Position numbers and translations under genes: made by a program. This document shows positions 8,611-19,146 of a DNA stretch of 32,000 nt, one piece after another. The stretch spans positions 1,650,001-1,682,000 of the forward strand of contig CAWJMG010000003.1 of assembly GCA_963843975.1 (NCBI GenBank), in the 5' to 3' direction. The stretch comes from an uncultured Actinomycetes bacterium. Lineage in GTDB: Bacteria > Actinomycetota > Actinomycetes > S36-B12 > CAIYMF01. The notes under the pieces were generated by a model. It searched no databases. It was given only the letters and a program-made list of their open reading frames with translations, and had not been told where the DNA came from. Each line of letters starts with the position of its first letter. Position 1 is the first letter of the stretch.

Positions 8611-9163
8611 TCCCCGAGACCGACTCGACGAGCGTCTCCTGGAGGAAGGTCAGCCAGTCGTAGATGTGCACGTGCATGAACGCCGGGTCGTCCTCGTCGA
8701 GCTCGTAGAGCTCGTCGTGGTTCTCCTCGGTGAGCTCCAGCCGCGTCGCCAGTGCCAGGCGCACGTCGTTGATGGCCCCCATCCAGGCGGGGACGTCCGA
8801 CGGCGGGACGGTGATCTTGCCGTCGGCCTCGGCGAGCGCGCGCAGCACGGTGGCCGCGTGGTTCATCTTCGTCTCGCGCAGCGACCGCTCGGTGAACCGT
8901 CGGAACTCCGAGCTGGCCTCGTCGTCGTCGGCGTACGCGTCGGGGAAGAGCCGGGCGAGCGCCGGGTCCTCGGGCCGCTCGGCGTCCGGGTCGATGCCCA
9001 CCATGCGCGCGAGCGGATCGGCGTCGGCACCCCACGGGTCCTCGTCGGGCGACACGAGCTCGAGCACCTGGCCGACGAGCGTGCCGAGGAGCCCGCGCTC
9101 GACGTCGTCCGCCTTCAGCACGATCTTGCCCGTGGCCGTGCGCCGGAAGCCGTGGACAGCCAC
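8570..9163 (-). CDS. DUF2017-like acidic protein, co-operonic with clpS
   Basis: 197 aa and strongly acidic. GTG start is 1 nt after the clpS stop. The position and composition match the DUF2017 proteins that follow clpS in actinobacteria. This family assignment is from memory. Confidence 0.75.
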   Translation of the reverse strand: MAVHGFRRTATGKIVLKADDVERGLLGTLVGQVLELVSPDEDPWGADADPLARMVGIDPDAERPEDPALARLFPDAYADDDEASSEFRRFTERSLRETKMNHAATVLRALAEADGKITVPPSDVPAWMGAINDVRLALATRLELTEENHDELYELDEDDPAFMHVHIYDWLTFLQETLVESVSGIRSEPPAGWDDED

Positions 9164-9164
9164 G

Positions 9165-9455
9165 TCAGTCGTCCTTCTGCAGCGTGGCCCAGAGGCCGTA
9201 GCCGTGCATGGCGGCGACGTCGATCTCCATCTCCTCGCGGGTGCCGTTGGAGACGACCGCGCGGCCCTCGTTGTGGACGTCCCACATGAGCTTCTGCGCC
9301 TTCTCCTTGGAGTAGCCGAAGTACTCCATGAACACGTAGGTCACGTACGACATGAGGTTGACGGGGTCGTTCCAGACGATCGTGATCCACGGCCGGTCCA
9401 GAGCCGTGATGCTCTCGGACTCCGGGCGATCGAGCTCGACCGGTGCGACTCCCAC
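9165..9455 (-). CDS. clpS: ATP-dependent Clp protease adaptor ClpS
   Basis: Contains [20 protein letters not shown]...VHNEGRAVV...[10 protein letters not shown], which closely resembles mycobacterial ClpS. Only the C-terminal 96 aa of ORF 9165..10067 is real. GTG at 9455 was chosen as the start. Confidence 0.9.
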   Translation of the reverse strand: MGVAPVELDRPESESITALDRPWITIVWNDPVNLMSYVTYVFMEYFGYSKEKAQKLMWDVHNEGRAVVSNGTREEMEIDVAAMHGYGLWATLQKDD

Positions 9456-9518
9456 GGCGTCATCGTCGCACGCGCGCGCGGCGGCGCGAGCGAGCGCCAC
9501 CACGCGTACGCTCGACGC

Positions 9519-11243
9519 GTGACCGGACAGCCGCTCCCCGTCCCCCCGCGGGACCCGTCCCTCCCCGAGCCGCCGCTGCTCGAGCGCATCCGCCGCGGCG
9601 TCATCGGCGACGACACGGTGATGCAGGGCCCGTTCGGCCCGCGTCGGGTCACGTACGCCGACTACACGGCGTCGGGCCGCGCCCTGGACTTCATCGAGGA
9701 CTTCATCCGCTGCGAGGTGCTGCCGCGCTACGCCAACACGCACACCGAGAGCAGCGGCACCGGCCTGCAGACCACACGGCTGCGCGAGGACGCCCGCCGC
9801 GTCGTGCACGACGCGCTCGGATGCGGCGACGAGGCCGTCGTGATCTTCACCGGGTCCGGCACGACGGGAGCCATCGACAAGCTCGTCGGCATCCTCAACC
9901 TGCGCATCCCCGCCGACCTCGACCGCGAGCGCGGCTTCAGCGCGCAGATCCCGCGCGCCGAGCGGCCGGTCGTCTTCATCGGCCCGTTCGAGCACCACAG
10001 CAACGAGCTGCCGTGGCGCGAGTCGATCGCCGACGTCGTCACGATCCCCGAGGACGCCGACGGCCACATCGACGTGGCCCTCCTCCGCGCCGAGCTCGAG
10101 GCGTACGCCGACCGCCCGCTGAAGATCGGCTCGTTCAGCGCGGCGTCGAACGTCACCGGGATCATGACCGACGTCGACGGCATCTCACGCCTGCTGCACG
10201 AGCACGGCGCGCTGTCGTTCTGGGACTACGCCGCTGCCGGCCCGTACCTCGACATCGACATGCAGGGCGACCACGCCGACCCGCTCACCAAGAAGGACGC
10301 GATCGTCCTGTCGCCGCACAAGTTCGTCGGCGGCCCCGGCACGCCCGGCGTCCTCGCGATCCGTCGCGACCTCCTGCGCAACTCGGTGCCGGTCGTCGTC
10401 GGCGGCGGCACCGTGGCCTACGTCAACCCGGCCGAGCACCTGTACCTGACCGATCCGGTGCACCGCGAGGAGGCGGGCACGCCCGCGATCGTCGAGGCGA
10501 TCCGCGCGGGCCTCGTGTTCGACCTCAAGAGGAACGTCGGCACCGACGTCATCCGCGCCCACGAGCACGACTTCCTCCGCCGTGCCGTGACGGCCTGGGC
10601 CGCCCACCCGACCATCGACATCCTCGGCAACCTCGAGGCGGAGCGGCTGTCGATCGTGTCGTTCACGATCCGTCGCCCCGGCGGCAAGTACCTCCACCAC
10701 AACTTCGTCGTCGCGCTGCTGAACGACCTGTTCGGCATCCAGAGCCGGGGCGGCTGCTCGTGCGCCGGCCCGTACGGCCACCGGCTGCTCGGCATCGACC
10801 TCGAGAAGAGCCACGAGTTCGAGCGCGAGATCGCCCACGGCTGCGAGGGCATCAAGCCCGGCTGGGTGCGCGTGAACTTCAACTACTTCGTCAGCGACGC
10901 CGTGTTCGAGTACGTCGTGCAGGCGGTGGCCATGGTCGCCGACCACGGATGGAAGCTCGTGCCGGAGTACCGCTTCGATGTCGCGTCCGGCCGATGGCGG
11001 CACAAGGACGGCAACGTCGAGCCTCCGCTGCGCCTGTCGCAGCTCGCGTACGTCGACGGCGAGCTCACCTACCCGCGCCACGACGACCGCGCGCCGGAGT
11101 CCGACCTCGCCCGCTACCTCGTCGAGGCGCACGACCTCATGGAGGCGGCACCCGAGCCGAGCGAGGACGTCGACGTCACGCGCGTGAGCGACGACTTCGA
11201 GCACCTGCGCTGGTTCGAGCTCCCCGCCGAGTGCCTCACCTAG
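9519..11243 (+). CDS. Aminotransferase class V-fold PLP-dependent enzyme (cysteine desulfurase-like family, function unknown)
   Basis: The real part of ORF 8730..11243 begins at GTG 9519 (VTGQPLPV...[13 protein letters not shown]). It has [19 protein letters not shown] and the PLP-lysine context [16 protein letters not shown]. About 574 aa. Divergent from clpS across a 63-bp gap. Confidence 0.8.
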   Translation: MTGQPLPVPPRDPSLPEPPLLERIRRGVIGDDTVMQGPFGPRRVTYADYTASGRALDFIEDFIRCEVLPRYANTHTESSGTGLQTTRLREDARRVVHDALGCGDEAVVIFTGSGTTGAIDKLVGILNLRIPADLDRERGFSAQIPRAERPVVFIGPFEHHSNELPWRESIADVVTIPEDADGHIDVALLRAELEAYADRPLKIGSFSAASNVTGIMTDVDGISRLLHEHGALSFWDYAAAGPYLDIDMQGDHADPLTKKDAIVLSPHKFVGGPGTPGVLAIRRDLLRNSVPVVVGGGTVAYVNPAEHLYLTDPVHREEAGTPAIVEAIRAGLVFDLKRNVGTDVIRAHEHDFLRRAVTAWAAHPTIDILGNLEAERLSIVSFTIRRPGGKYLHHNFVVALLNDLFGIQSRGGCSCAGPYGHRLLGIDLEKSHEFEREIAHGCEGIKPGWVRVNFNYFVSDAVFEYVVQAVAMVADHGWKLVPEYRFDVASGRWRHKDGNVEPPLRLSQLAYVDGELTYPRHDDRAPESDLARYLVEAHDLMEAAPEPSEDVDVTRVSDDFEHLRWFELPAECLT

Positions 11244-11259
11244 GACCGGTCGACGCCGG

Positions 11260-13095
11260 TCAGCCCAGGGTCACGTCGAAGTAGGCGTAGGCGCCGCGCA
11301 CGGTCGACGTGCCGACGGCGTACAGGCGGTAGTGGTACGCCCGGCTCGCGCCCGTCGGCTCGAACGTGAACGCCGCGCGGCCGTACCGGTCGGTCTTCGC
11401 GGTCGCGACCGTGACCCAGACCCCGTTGCGCAGCGCCTGGCGGCGGACGGTCTGACCCGTGATCCACGGCTTGAGCTTCACGCTCGCGGCGACAGGTGCC
11501 CCGGACTTCACGGTCGAGTCGCTCACCGTGAGGGCGACGGCCGTGCGGACGCCGGTCGTGTCGGTGCCGGTGCCGGTCTTGCGGTCCCAGGCACCTGCGA
11601 CGTTGACCTTGTACTCCGTGGCCGTGCGGACGGTGTGCGGCAGCCGCACCTTGCCGTCGGCACCCGTGGTCGAGGTGGAGATCGCGGTCCATGCCGACGT
11701 GCCCGCAGGCCGCGCGTAGAGCACTGCCCTGGCACCGGCCACGGCGACGCCCTCGGACGTCGCGCGCGCGGTGACCGTGGTGGACGATCCGTACGTCGTG
11801 GCCGAGGGGACGTAGACCGACACGGAGGTGTCGGACGGGGCGATGGTGGCGGCGAACGAGCGCAGCTTGGACCACTGGGCGTCGTCCTCGCCGCCCAGCG
11901 CCCACTGGGCGATGCCGAGCAGGTGGTACTTCTCGACGAGGCGGGCGCGGGCGAGCGCCGAGGCGCCGTGGTCGTACCAGCCGGTGCGGTACACGACGCA
12001 GCTGGTGTCCTTGCCCGCGAGCGTCTTGCCGATGTAGCGCACCTGGTAGGTGAACTGCACCTCTGCGTTCGTGGCGCTCCACGTCCGCACCGCCTTGGAG
12101 CGGTTGACCGTGTCCGAGGTGTACGCCGCGCTCGGGATGGCGGTGAGGTGGTTGGACGCAGTGAACGACAGCGTGTCGAGGTAGTTCGACGGCTTGTTGG
12201 ACGGGCAGGTGCCGTCGACCTTGGAGGCGCCGTTCACCTTCACCGTCGTGTTGCGCCCGTAGGCGGGCACGCCGATCTGGATCTTGCCCGAGGGCACCTG
12301 CGTGACGGCGTACGCGACGATCTTCTCGACCCACGGCAGCGGCGCGATCGGTCCGCCCGACACCGAGTAGTCGTACGCCATGATCCGCAGCCGGTCGACG
12401 TGCTCGGCGATGCCGGCCCAGTCGTAGACCCAGTAGCCGTCGTTCCACTTGGTGCCGGTCGTCAGCGTGCGGTTGCTCGTGTAGATCGGCGGGGTGGTGA
12501 CCGCGAGGAGCTTCCCCTGGGCGTGGAGGGCGTCGGAGAGCTCGGCGATGAAGGCGACCCAGCCCGGACGCGTCGTCGGCCACGATGCCAGCGGGTCGGA
12601 GAACGCGAACTTCTCGAAGTCGAGGTCGATGCCGTCGTAGCCCTCGGCCGTGACGGTGGCCATGATCGCGGCGACGAACGCCGAGCGCAGGGTCGGGCTC
12701 TTCACGACCGCGGCCATCTGCCCGGTCGGCATGCCGTCCGTGATCGACGGGAGCACCTTGACCCCGGCGTCGCGCAGCTTGGTGAAGGCGATGTCGTGGG
12801 CGGTGGGCGTGAGCTGGAGGTCGAGCGAGGACGCCGACCCCGACCACGCGGCGGCGTACCAGAAGGGCGACGCGTCGGTGAACAGGTCGGCGTTGGCCGC
12901 GACCGAGTCCGCGGAGGTCACGGGCGCCCAGTAGGGCAGCCACCCGGTCACGATCTTGCGCGGCGGGTCGGCGTTGGCCGCGGCCGCGGGGACCACGGCG
13001 GCCGGGGTCAGCACGGCGAGCACCCCCGCGCCGAGCGCGGTGGCGAGCAGGGTCGCGAGACGGCGCCCTGCGGTGCCGGTGCTGCGACGGTGCAT
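11260..13095 (-). CDS. Secreted glycoside hydrolase family 18 protein with C-terminal beta-rich repeats
   Basis: ATG 13095 has an AAGGAG Shine-Dalgarno 8 nt upstream. Signal peptide MHRRSTGTAGRRLATLLATALGAGVLAVLTPAAVVPAAAA. GH18 catalytic motif YDGIDLDFE. The last 200 aa or so are Thr/Val/Ala-rich and resemble two Ig-like domains. Confidence 0.85.
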   Translation of the reverse strand: MHRRSTGTAGRRLATLLATALGAGVLAVLTPAAVVPAAAANADPPRKIVTGWLPYWAPVTSADSVAANADLFTDASPFWYAAAWSGSASSLDLQLTPTAHDIAFTKLRDAGVKVLPSITDGMPTGQMAAVVKSPTLRSAFVAAIMATVTAEGYDGIDLDFEKFAFSDPLASWPTTRPGWVAFIAELSDALHAQGKLLAVTTPPIYTSNRTLTTGTKWNDGYWVYDWAGIAEHVDRLRIMAYDYSVSGGPIAPLPWVEKIVAYAVTQVPSGKIQIGVPAYGRNTTVKVNGASKVDGTCPSNKPSNYLDTLSFTASNHLTAIPSAAYTSDTVNRSKAVRTWSATNAEVQFTYQVRYIGKTLAGKDTSCVVYRTGWYDHGASALARARLVEKYHLLGIAQWALGGEDDAQWSKLRSFAATIAPSDTSVSVYVPSATTYGSSTTVTARATSEGVAVAGARAVLYARPAGTSAWTAISTSTTGADGKVRLPHTVRTATEYKVNVAGAWDRKTGTGTDTTGVRTAVALTVSDSTVKSGAPVAASVKLKPWITGQTVRRQALRNGVWVTVATAKTDRYGRAAFTFEPTGASRAYHYRLYAVGTSTVRGAYAYFDVTLG

Positions 13096-13386
13096 GCGGT
13101 GATCTCCTTCGCCTGGGCGCGGTCGAGGGTCGACCGACGTGCTGCCTAGTGGGTCCATCGTCGCCACGGGTCCGCGACTTGACGGTACGGGGCGCTCGGG
13201 TGCCCGGATTGAACCTAAGAGTCCTGTTTCGCGATCGTCACCCGCCCGTCCGCGTTCCGGCCCCGGCCCGGCCGACCCGGTCGTGACCCTCTGTCGAGGT
13301 GTCCGCTACCCGGATCCCGACCGACGCGGCACAGGGGCAGCAACCCCGTTGCATGCGGACGGCGCCCCACGGCTAGCGTGCCGCGC

Positions 13387-14190
13387 ATGACGACGTCCCC
13401 CGCCCTCGACCCCGGTCGGGCCGCCGCCCTCGTCGACGGCCTGGTGGCCGACCTGGCCGGAGGCGACGTGCCGGCCTCGGTGGCCGCGCACCGCGCCCTG
13501 CGGCGCGGGACGCTGGCCGCCGGCCTGGGCCCGCTCGTGGTCCCCGTGAGCGGCATGGCCGGCCTGCTCGACGCCCTGGACGCCGACCGCTTCAGCGAGC
13601 CGGTCGACCTCGTGCTCGCGGCCGACCGAGGCCTCGTCGAGGCGGCCGAGGCGCGCGCCGTCCTGCTCGACGACGACCGCGTCGCGCTGCTCGGCCTGCA
13701 CCTCACGCTCCCGACCGACGGCCCGCTCGGGGACTCGGCCCGGCTCACCCTCGACTCGCTCGACTTCGCCCTGCCCGCCGCGGTCGGCGTCCCGGCGGCA
13801 CCCGGCTGGGAGGCCGCGCTCGACGTCCTGGCCGAGGACGGCGCCGAGCAGGCGCTGCTCGCCCTGTCGTCCCGCGGCCCGAGCGCCGAGCACGTGGCGG
13901 AGTTCGTGGTCGCGTGCGTGCGGCGAGGCGTCTCGTTCGCCGTGGTCGGGGCGGCGGCGTCGGCGTACCCCGGTCTCCTGGCGGCGACGGCCACGGCACT
14001 CGACGGGCGCGATGCCGCCCAGGTCGCGGCTGTCCTGCTCGCCGACGACGCGTCGATCGCCCTCGCCGTGATAGCCGACTGCGATCCGCGGGCCGTGCGA
14101 CGTCGCCTCACCTCGATCGCGAGCGTCGACGCGGGCGGCACCCTCGCGCACCTCGCCTTGCTCGGGCTGCTCACCGAGACCGAGGCCTGA
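13387..14190 (+). CDS. Hypothetical Ala/Leu/Asp-rich protein
   Basis: 267 aa from ATG 13387, or 270 aa from GTG 13378. Codon usage is consistent with the host and it ends 1 nt before the GNAT ATG. No motif recognised. Confidence 0.55.
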   Translation: MTTSPALDPGRAAALVDGLVADLAGGDVPASVAAHRALRRGTLAAGLGPLVVPVSGMAGLLDALDADRFSEPVDLVLAADRGLVEAAEARAVLLDDDRVALLGLHLTLPTDGPLGDSARLTLDSLDFALPAAVGVPAAPGWEAALDVLAEDGAEQALLALSSRGPSAEHVAEFVVACVRRGVSFAVVGAAASAYPGLLAATATALDGRDAAQVAAVLLADDASIALAVIADCDPRAVRRRLTSIASVDAGGTLAHLALLGLLTETEA

Positions 14191-14191
14191 G

Positions 14192-14776
14192 ATGAGCGAC
14201 CCCGCCGATGACGTCGTGACGCCCGTCCCCCTCCAGGTCGGGCGCTACCGGCTCGACACCCCGGCGTCGTCGGACACCGCCGACATCGTGGCCGCCTTCC
14301 GCGACCCCGATATCGCGCTGTGGAACCCGCCCGGCGGCGGCGACGTGAGCGCCGAGGAACGGGCGCCTCTGTGGATCGCCGACCGCGGCACGTGGACCTC
14401 GCGGCACGCGTCCTGGGTCGCGCGCGACGTCGACGGCACGGTGATCGGCCAGATCTCGCTGTTCCACCTCGACCACGAGGCCGGCACGGCGGAGGTCGGC
14501 TACTGGCTCACGCCGCGAGGCCGCGGCCGGGGGCTCGGTGCAGCCATGCTCGACGCGGCCACGACGTACGCCTTCGACGAGCTCGGCATGTTCCGCATCG
14601 AGCTGTTCCACGCGGTCGAGAACGAGCCGTCGTGCCGGATGGCCCTGCGCTGCGGCTACCTGCTCGAGGGCAGGGCCCGCCAGAGCTACCGGTACGGCGA
14701 CGGACTCCGCCACGACGAGCACCTGCACGCGGTCCTGGCGACCGACGACCGCCCCGGAGTGCCGACGCCCGCCTGA
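14192..14776 (+). CDS. GNAT family N-acetyltransferase (RimJ/RimL-like)
   Basis: 194 aa. Acetyl-CoA loop PRGRGRGLGAAML and the RimJ-type tail NEPSCRMALRCGYLLEGRARQS. Confidence 0.85.
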   Translation: MSDPADDVVTPVPLQVGRYRLDTPASSDTADIVAAFRDPDIALWNPPGGGDVSAEERAPLWIADRGTWTSRHASWVARDVDGTVIGQISLFHLDHEAGTAEVGYWLTPRGRGRGLGAAMLDAATTYAFDELGMFRIELFHAVENEPSCRMALRCGYLLEGRARQSYRYGDGLRHDEHLHAVLATDDRPGVPTPA

Positions 14777-14814
14777 CGTGCATGACGGCCGGCGTCGTCC
14801 CGCACCCGTGCGCC

Positions 14815-16068
14815 CTAGTCGACCGAGCGGATGCGGGTGACGAGCGCTGCGGACAGCAGCGTCACGACGGCGGTGAGCACGTACAGGCCGGTGTAGCCGA
14901 GCCCGCTCGTGACGATGGGTGCGGCGATCACGGGCGCCACCACCTGCGGTGCGGCGTTGGCGATGTTGATGACGCCGAGGTCGCGACCGCGGTCCACGGC
15001 GGTGGGCAGCACCTGCGTGATGAGGGCCTGGTCGACAGCGAGGTACATGCCGTAGCCGAGGCCGAGGATCAGCGCCGCCACCATCGCGACGTTGAACACC
15101 GGGAAGAAGGCGAGCAGCACGGCCGCCACCGACATCACGACCGTGGCGAGGATGACGTAGATCTTGCGTCGGCCGTCGCGGTCGCTGATCCGGCCCGCGA
15201 CCACGGCGGTGACGATCGTGCCGAGCGCGTAGAGACCGATCAGGACCGTCTGGCTCTGGTCGGGGTTGTCGACCTTCACCTCGTCGGTCAGCCAGAAGAG
15301 CAGGTAGAGCGTCGCCATCGCGTTGCCCAGCATCATGAGGAAGCGCGTGACCCAGGCCCAGGCGAAGTCCGGATACTGCTTCGGGCTCACCCAGAAACCG
15401 CGGAGGAACGCACCGAGCTCGAACGGCGGGCGCTCCTGCGGCAGGAGCGGCGTGTCCTTGATGACGAGCACGAAGGGCAGCACCAGGATCACGAGGAGAC
15501 CGGCCGTCAGGAAGATCCCGGCATCGAGTCCGGTGACGACGAACGACACCAGGGCCACGCCGAGAACGATGCCGACGGTCTGCGCGAGGCCGACCCAGCC
15601 GGACACGAGGCCGCGCTGGCGGACCGGCACCTGGTCGGGGATCGTCGCGGTCAGCCCGGAGTACGCCGAGTTGATCGTGGCCTGGCATACCCCCCACACG
15701 ACGGCGAGGCCGAGGACGGTCGACTGGAACGCGAGCGCGCAGATGGCGAGCGCCCCCAGCACCGACCCCCACAGGACCCAGGTGCGACGCCGTCCGAACC
15801 GCGACAGCGTCCGGTCCGAGAGCGCACCTGCCGCGGGGTTGGCCACGATCGACATGAACGCGCCGACACCCGCGATCCAGGCGAGCGCCGACTCCTTGCC
15901 CCCCGACCCCGCAGCCTCCTCCGCAAGGCGCGGCAGCAGGTTCTGGATCGGCGTGTAGAACGCCAGCATGATGCCGAGGTTGGCGAGCACGACGGGCAGC
16001 ACGTAGCGCGTGCCGATCGGCGCGGTCGGCTCTGCGAGCGCCGACGGCGCCTTGTCCTCCACGCTCAC
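14815..16068 (-). CDS. MFS transporter, likely a glycoside importer co-operonic with the beta-glucosidase
   Basis: 417 aa, about 12 TM, with the loop motif GALSDRTLSRFGRRR. GTG 16068 overlaps the bgl stop (GTGA). GGAGG lies 6 nt upstream. Confidence 0.8.
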   Translation of the reverse strand: MSVEDKAPSALAEPTAPIGTRYVLPVVLANLGIMLAFYTPIQNLLPRLAEEAAGSGGKESALAWIAGVGAFMSIVANPAAGALSDRTLSRFGRRRTWVLWGSVLGALAICALAFQSTVLGLAVVWGVCQATINSAYSGLTATIPDQVPVRQRGLVSGWVGLAQTVGIVLGVALVSFVVTGLDAGIFLTAGLLVILVLPFVLVIKDTPLLPQERPPFELGAFLRGFWVSPKQYPDFAWAWVTRFLMMLGNAMATLYLLFWLTDEVKVDNPDQSQTVLIGLYALGTIVTAVVAGRISDRDGRRKIYVILATVVMSVAAVLLAFFPVFNVAMVAALILGLGYGMYLAVDQALITQVLPTAVDRGRDLGVINIANAAPQVVAPVIAAPIVTSGLGYTGLYVLTAVVTLLSAALVTRIRSVD

Positions 16069-17459
16069 GAACGACCTCCGAGGAACGACTGGAACCAGGT
16101 GTACGACGTCTTCGGCACCCGCCGCTGCGTCGCGTAGTCGGTGTACACGAGACCGAACCTCGGGCGATAGCCCTCAGCCCACTCGAAGTTGTCGAGGAAC
16201 GACCAGACGAAGTAGCCCTGGACGTCGACGCCCTCGTCCATCGCCGCACCGACGGCGGCGACGTGCTCGCGCAGGTACTGGACGCGGCGCGGGTCGTCGA
16301 CGGAGCCGCCCTCGAGGACGTCGGGCACCGCGACGCCGTTCTCCGTCACCATCACCGGGGGCAGCGCATCGCCGTACCGCTCCTTCTGCTGGACGAGCAC
16401 CTCGCGCAGGCCGTCGGGCACGATCGGCCAGCCCATGTCGGTGATCTCCTCGGAGGGGAACTGCTTCATGTCGAACGGCAGCGGGTTCCCCTCGCCGGGC
16501 GCAGAGACCAGCGTCGGGTTGTAGTAGTTGATACCGAGGACGTCGAGGCGCTCGGAGATCGCCGCGAGGTCGCCCTCGGAGACGCACGACCGGTCGACCG
16601 GGAGCCCGACGACCTCGGGGTCGGGGTACTCCCCCAGCAGCACCGAGTCCATGTAGATGCGGTTCTGGATCGCGTCGAGCGACGCGGCGGCCGCGCGGTC
16701 GGCGTCGGTGTCGTGCTCGGGGTGCACCGGCGAGAGGTTGTGCGTGATGCCGATCCGCAGGTCGCCGTCGGCCGTCGCGCGCATCGCCTGCACCGCGAGT
16801 CCGTGGCCGAGCAGCAGGTGGTGGGTGGCGGTGAACGAGTCGAACATCAGCACCTTGCCGGGCGCGTGGGTGCCGAACCCGTAGCCGAAGGTGGAGGCGA
16901 CGACCGGCTCGTTGAGCGTGATCCAGGTGTGCACCCGGTCGCCGAGGTTCTCGACCATCCACTCGGCGTGGTCGGCGAAGCGCTGCGCGGTGTCACGGTC
17001 GAGCCAGCCGCCGAGGTCCTCGGCCCACTGCGGCAGGTCCCAGTGATACAGCGTCACGACCGGCGCGATGCCGTGCTCGAGCAGCTCGTCGACCAGCCGG
17101 TCGTAGAACGCGACGCCGCGCATCTCGACCGCGCCGTCCTCCGGCTCGATGCGCGGCCAGGAGATCGAGAAGCGGTAGGCGTTCACTCCGAGCGCGGCCA
17201 TCAGCGCGACGTCCTCGGGCATGCGGCGGTAGTGGTCGCAGGCGACGTCGCCGGTGCTGCCGTCGAGGATCTTGCCGGGTGTGTGGGCGAAGGTGTCCCA
17301 GATCGAGGGGCCCTTGCCGTCGGCGTCGGGCGAGCCCTCGATCTGGTACGACGCCGTCGCCGTCCCCCAGAGGAAGTCGCGCGGGAAGGCGTCGCGGGTG
17401 CGGCCGTCGGCGAGGGTTCCGGGGTCGCCCGGGGTCCACAGCAGCGTCATGGCCCGCAC
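16065..17459 (-). CDS. GH1 beta-glucosidase
   Basis: Contains FLWGTATASYQIEG, the acid/base motif ITLNEP and the nucleophile motif VTENG. Start is GTG 17459 or ATG 17450. Confidence 0.92.
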   Translation of the reverse strand: MRAMTLLWTPGDPGTLADGRTRDAFPRDFLWGTATASYQIEGSPDADGKGPSIWDTFAHTPGKILDGSTGDVACDHYRRMPEDVALMAALGVNAYRFSISWPRIEPEDGAVEMRGVAFYDRLVDELLEHGIAPVVTLYHWDLPQWAEDLGGWLDRDTAQRFADHAEWMVENLGDRVHTWITLNEPVVASTFGYGFGTHAPGKVLMFDSFTATHHLLLGHGLAVQAMRATADGDLRIGITHNLSPVHPEHDTDADRAAAASLDAIQNRIYMDSVLLGEYPDPEVVGLPVDRSCVSEGDLAAISERLDVLGINYYNPTLVSAPGEGNPLPFDMKQFPSEEITDMGWPIVPDGLREVLVQQKERYGDALPPVMVTENGVAVPDVLEGGSVDDPRRVQYLREHVAAVGAAMDEGVDVQGYFVWSFLDNFEWAEGYRPRFGLVYTDYATQRRVPKTSYTWFQSFLGGRS

Positions 17460-17511
17460 CCTGCCACGGGCGGGGGGCGCGACGCCGCCGGACGCGACGA
17501 GTCGCGTGCGG

Positions 17512-18330
17512 TCAGCGGCGGCGCGGGACGACGGTCGTGCGGGCAGCCTTGTCGTGCAGCGTCTGGCGCCAGGGCTTGTCCCACAGCGGCCACAGGTAGT
17601 CGATGAGCGTGAAGAGCCCGCCGACCAGCGCGGCGCCGAAGCCTTCGACGCCCCAGCGGATGGAGGCCGTGCCCCAGGACAGGCCCTCGCCGTCCTGGTC
17701 GCGCAGCCGGATCCGGATGCCGAGCAGCCGCTTGCCCAGCGTCATCCCCCACCGGACGTTCTGCGGCACCTCGTAGAGGAACGTGACGACGAGGGAGATG
17801 AGCGTCAGGAGCAGCGAGAGGCCGGTGACGTCGGTGATCCACTGCTGCAGCACGGAGTCGGGCAGAGAGCCGTCCTCGGGCAGCGAGTCGATGAACCGCT
17901 GCAGCGCCGGCCAGAGCAGCCACACATAGAACGGGATCATCACGACGCTCTCGATGAGCGAGTCGATGATGCGCGCAGCCACGCGCGAGCCGTACGAGGC
18001 GAGCTCGTACGGCGCCTGGGCGCCCGCGGCCGGGGCTCCGTAGCCGCCGGCGTAGGGGGCGCCGTACGGCGGGGCCGGCGGCGGCGCCCATCCCGCGGGC
18101 GGGGCCGGAGGCGGAGGGTAGCCGGCCGACGAGCCGGCGGGGGGCGCGTACGACGGCGCCTGCGGCTGCGGGGCCGAGCCGGGCGGGGGGAGGTTCACGG
18201 GCTGGCCGGGGACGGGCGGCGGCGTGCCCTCGGGCAGCAGCACCGAGGCACCCCAGCGCTCGCCGTCCCACCAGCGCACGTAGCCCGCGCTCGAGAAGGG
18301 GTCGGGGTACCAGCCCGGCGTCATCGCCAT
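17512..18330 (-). CDS. RDD-family membrane protein with N-terminal DUF2510 motif and a Pro-rich linker
   Basis: N-terminal motif GWYPDPFSSAGYVRWWDGERWG. A Pro/Ala/Gly/Tyr-rich linker follows, then an RDD-type TM domain (RVAARIIDSLIE..., RQTLHDKAARTTVV). ATG at 18330 or 18324 was chosen rather than the longer ORF. Confidence 0.8.
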   Translation of the reverse strand: MAMTPGWYPDPFSSAGYVRWWDGERWGASVLLPEGTPPPVPGQPVNLPPPGSAPQPQAPSYAPPAGSSAGYPPPPAPPAGWAPPPAPPYGAPYAGGYGAPAAGAQAPYELASYGSRVAARIIDSLIESVVMIPFYVWLLWPALQRFIDSLPEDGSLPDSVLQQWITDVTGLSLLLTLISLVVTFLYEVPQNVRWGMTLGKRLLGIRIRLRDQDGEGLSWGTASIRWGVEGFGAALVGGLFTLIDYLWPLWDKPWRQTLHDKAARTTVVPRRR

Positions 18331-18529
18331 GGCGTGAGCGTAGGCGGTCGCGATGCCCGTGCCGCGCACCCCGCTCCCGTCCGCACGGATGTGGTGAGGC
18401 TGGCCTTCCGTGACGGCGTTCACAGCCACGGCCTCGCCCAGGCCCGGGCCACAACCTGCTCCCCGCGACTACCGTGATCAGCGCCCTGGTGGTCAGATCG
18501 TCCAGCCCGGTGGACAGGGAGTGGTCGCA

Positions 18530-19015
18530 ATGCCCGAGAGCGCCGTCGACAGGATCGACGCGGAGATCCTCGCCCTGTTCGCGGCCGAGCCGCGCGTCGG
18601 CGTCCTCGAGGCGAGCCGACGGCTGCGCATCGCCCGCGGCACCGTCCAGGCGCGGCTCGACAAGCTGGCCGCCCGCGGTGTCGTCACCGGATGGGGACCC
18701 GACCTCGACGCCGCCGCGCTCGGCTACCCCGTCACCGCGTTCGTGACTCTCGAGATCGCCCAGACCGGGCACGACGAGATCGGCGCCCGCCTCGCGGCCA
18801 TCCCCGAGGTGATCGAGGTGCACACCATCACCGGCGGCGGCGACCTGCTCGCCCGCGTCGTGGCCCGGTCGAACGCCGACCTTCAGCGGGTGATCGACCA
18901 GGTGGTGGCGACCGACGGCATCGGCCGCACGTCCACGGCGATCGCGCTCGCGACCCAGGTTCCGCACCGCGTGCTGCCCCTGCTGGAAGCCGCGGCCTCC
19001 GACCCCGTGGCCTAG
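18530..19015 (+). CDS. Lrp/AsnC family transcriptional regulator
   Basis: ATG 18530 with AGGGAG upstream. HTH region DRIDAEILALFAAEPRVGVLEASRRLRIARGTVQARLDKL, plus an AsnC-type effector domain (VTAFVTLE...EVHTITGGGDLLARV). Confidence 0.88.
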   Translation: MPESAVDRIDAEILALFAAEPRVGVLEASRRLRIARGTVQARLDKLAARGVVTGWGPDLDAAALGYPVTAFVTLEIAQTGHDEIGARLAAIPEVIEVHTITGGGDLLARVVARSNADLQRVIDQVVATDGIGRTSTAIALATQVPHRVLPLLEAAASDPVA

Positions 19016-19146
19016 TCCGAGGCGTCCGTCCGGGTGGATCCCCCTCCGGACTCCGGTCACCCGGCCCTGTCCTGCACGGGAGGCATCCCGCACCCTCGTA
19101 CGGTGGTCGTCGTCCCGCCGTACGCCCCAGCACGAGGAGCAGCCGC

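Noticed and set aside
13096-13260. A cyclic-di-AMP (ydaO-type) riboswitch in the leader of the secreted GH18 hydrolase
   Set aside because: Cell-wall hydrolase leaders in actinobacteria often carry this riboswitch. None of the conserved ACGGGGA, CCCGAA or GCUAAC-like blocks could be found on the minus strand. Only a small GGTCGA/TCGACC hairpin and a weak candidate promoter (GTGACG-18-TAGGTT) are present.
13387-14776. The GNAT with its upstream partner as a GNAT-toxin/antitoxin pair
   Set aside because: The upstream protein is 267 aa with no RHH or HTH antitoxin features. The GNAT is RimJ-like rather than TacT/AtaT-like, and the gene order and sizes do not fit known GNAT toxin-antitoxin modules.
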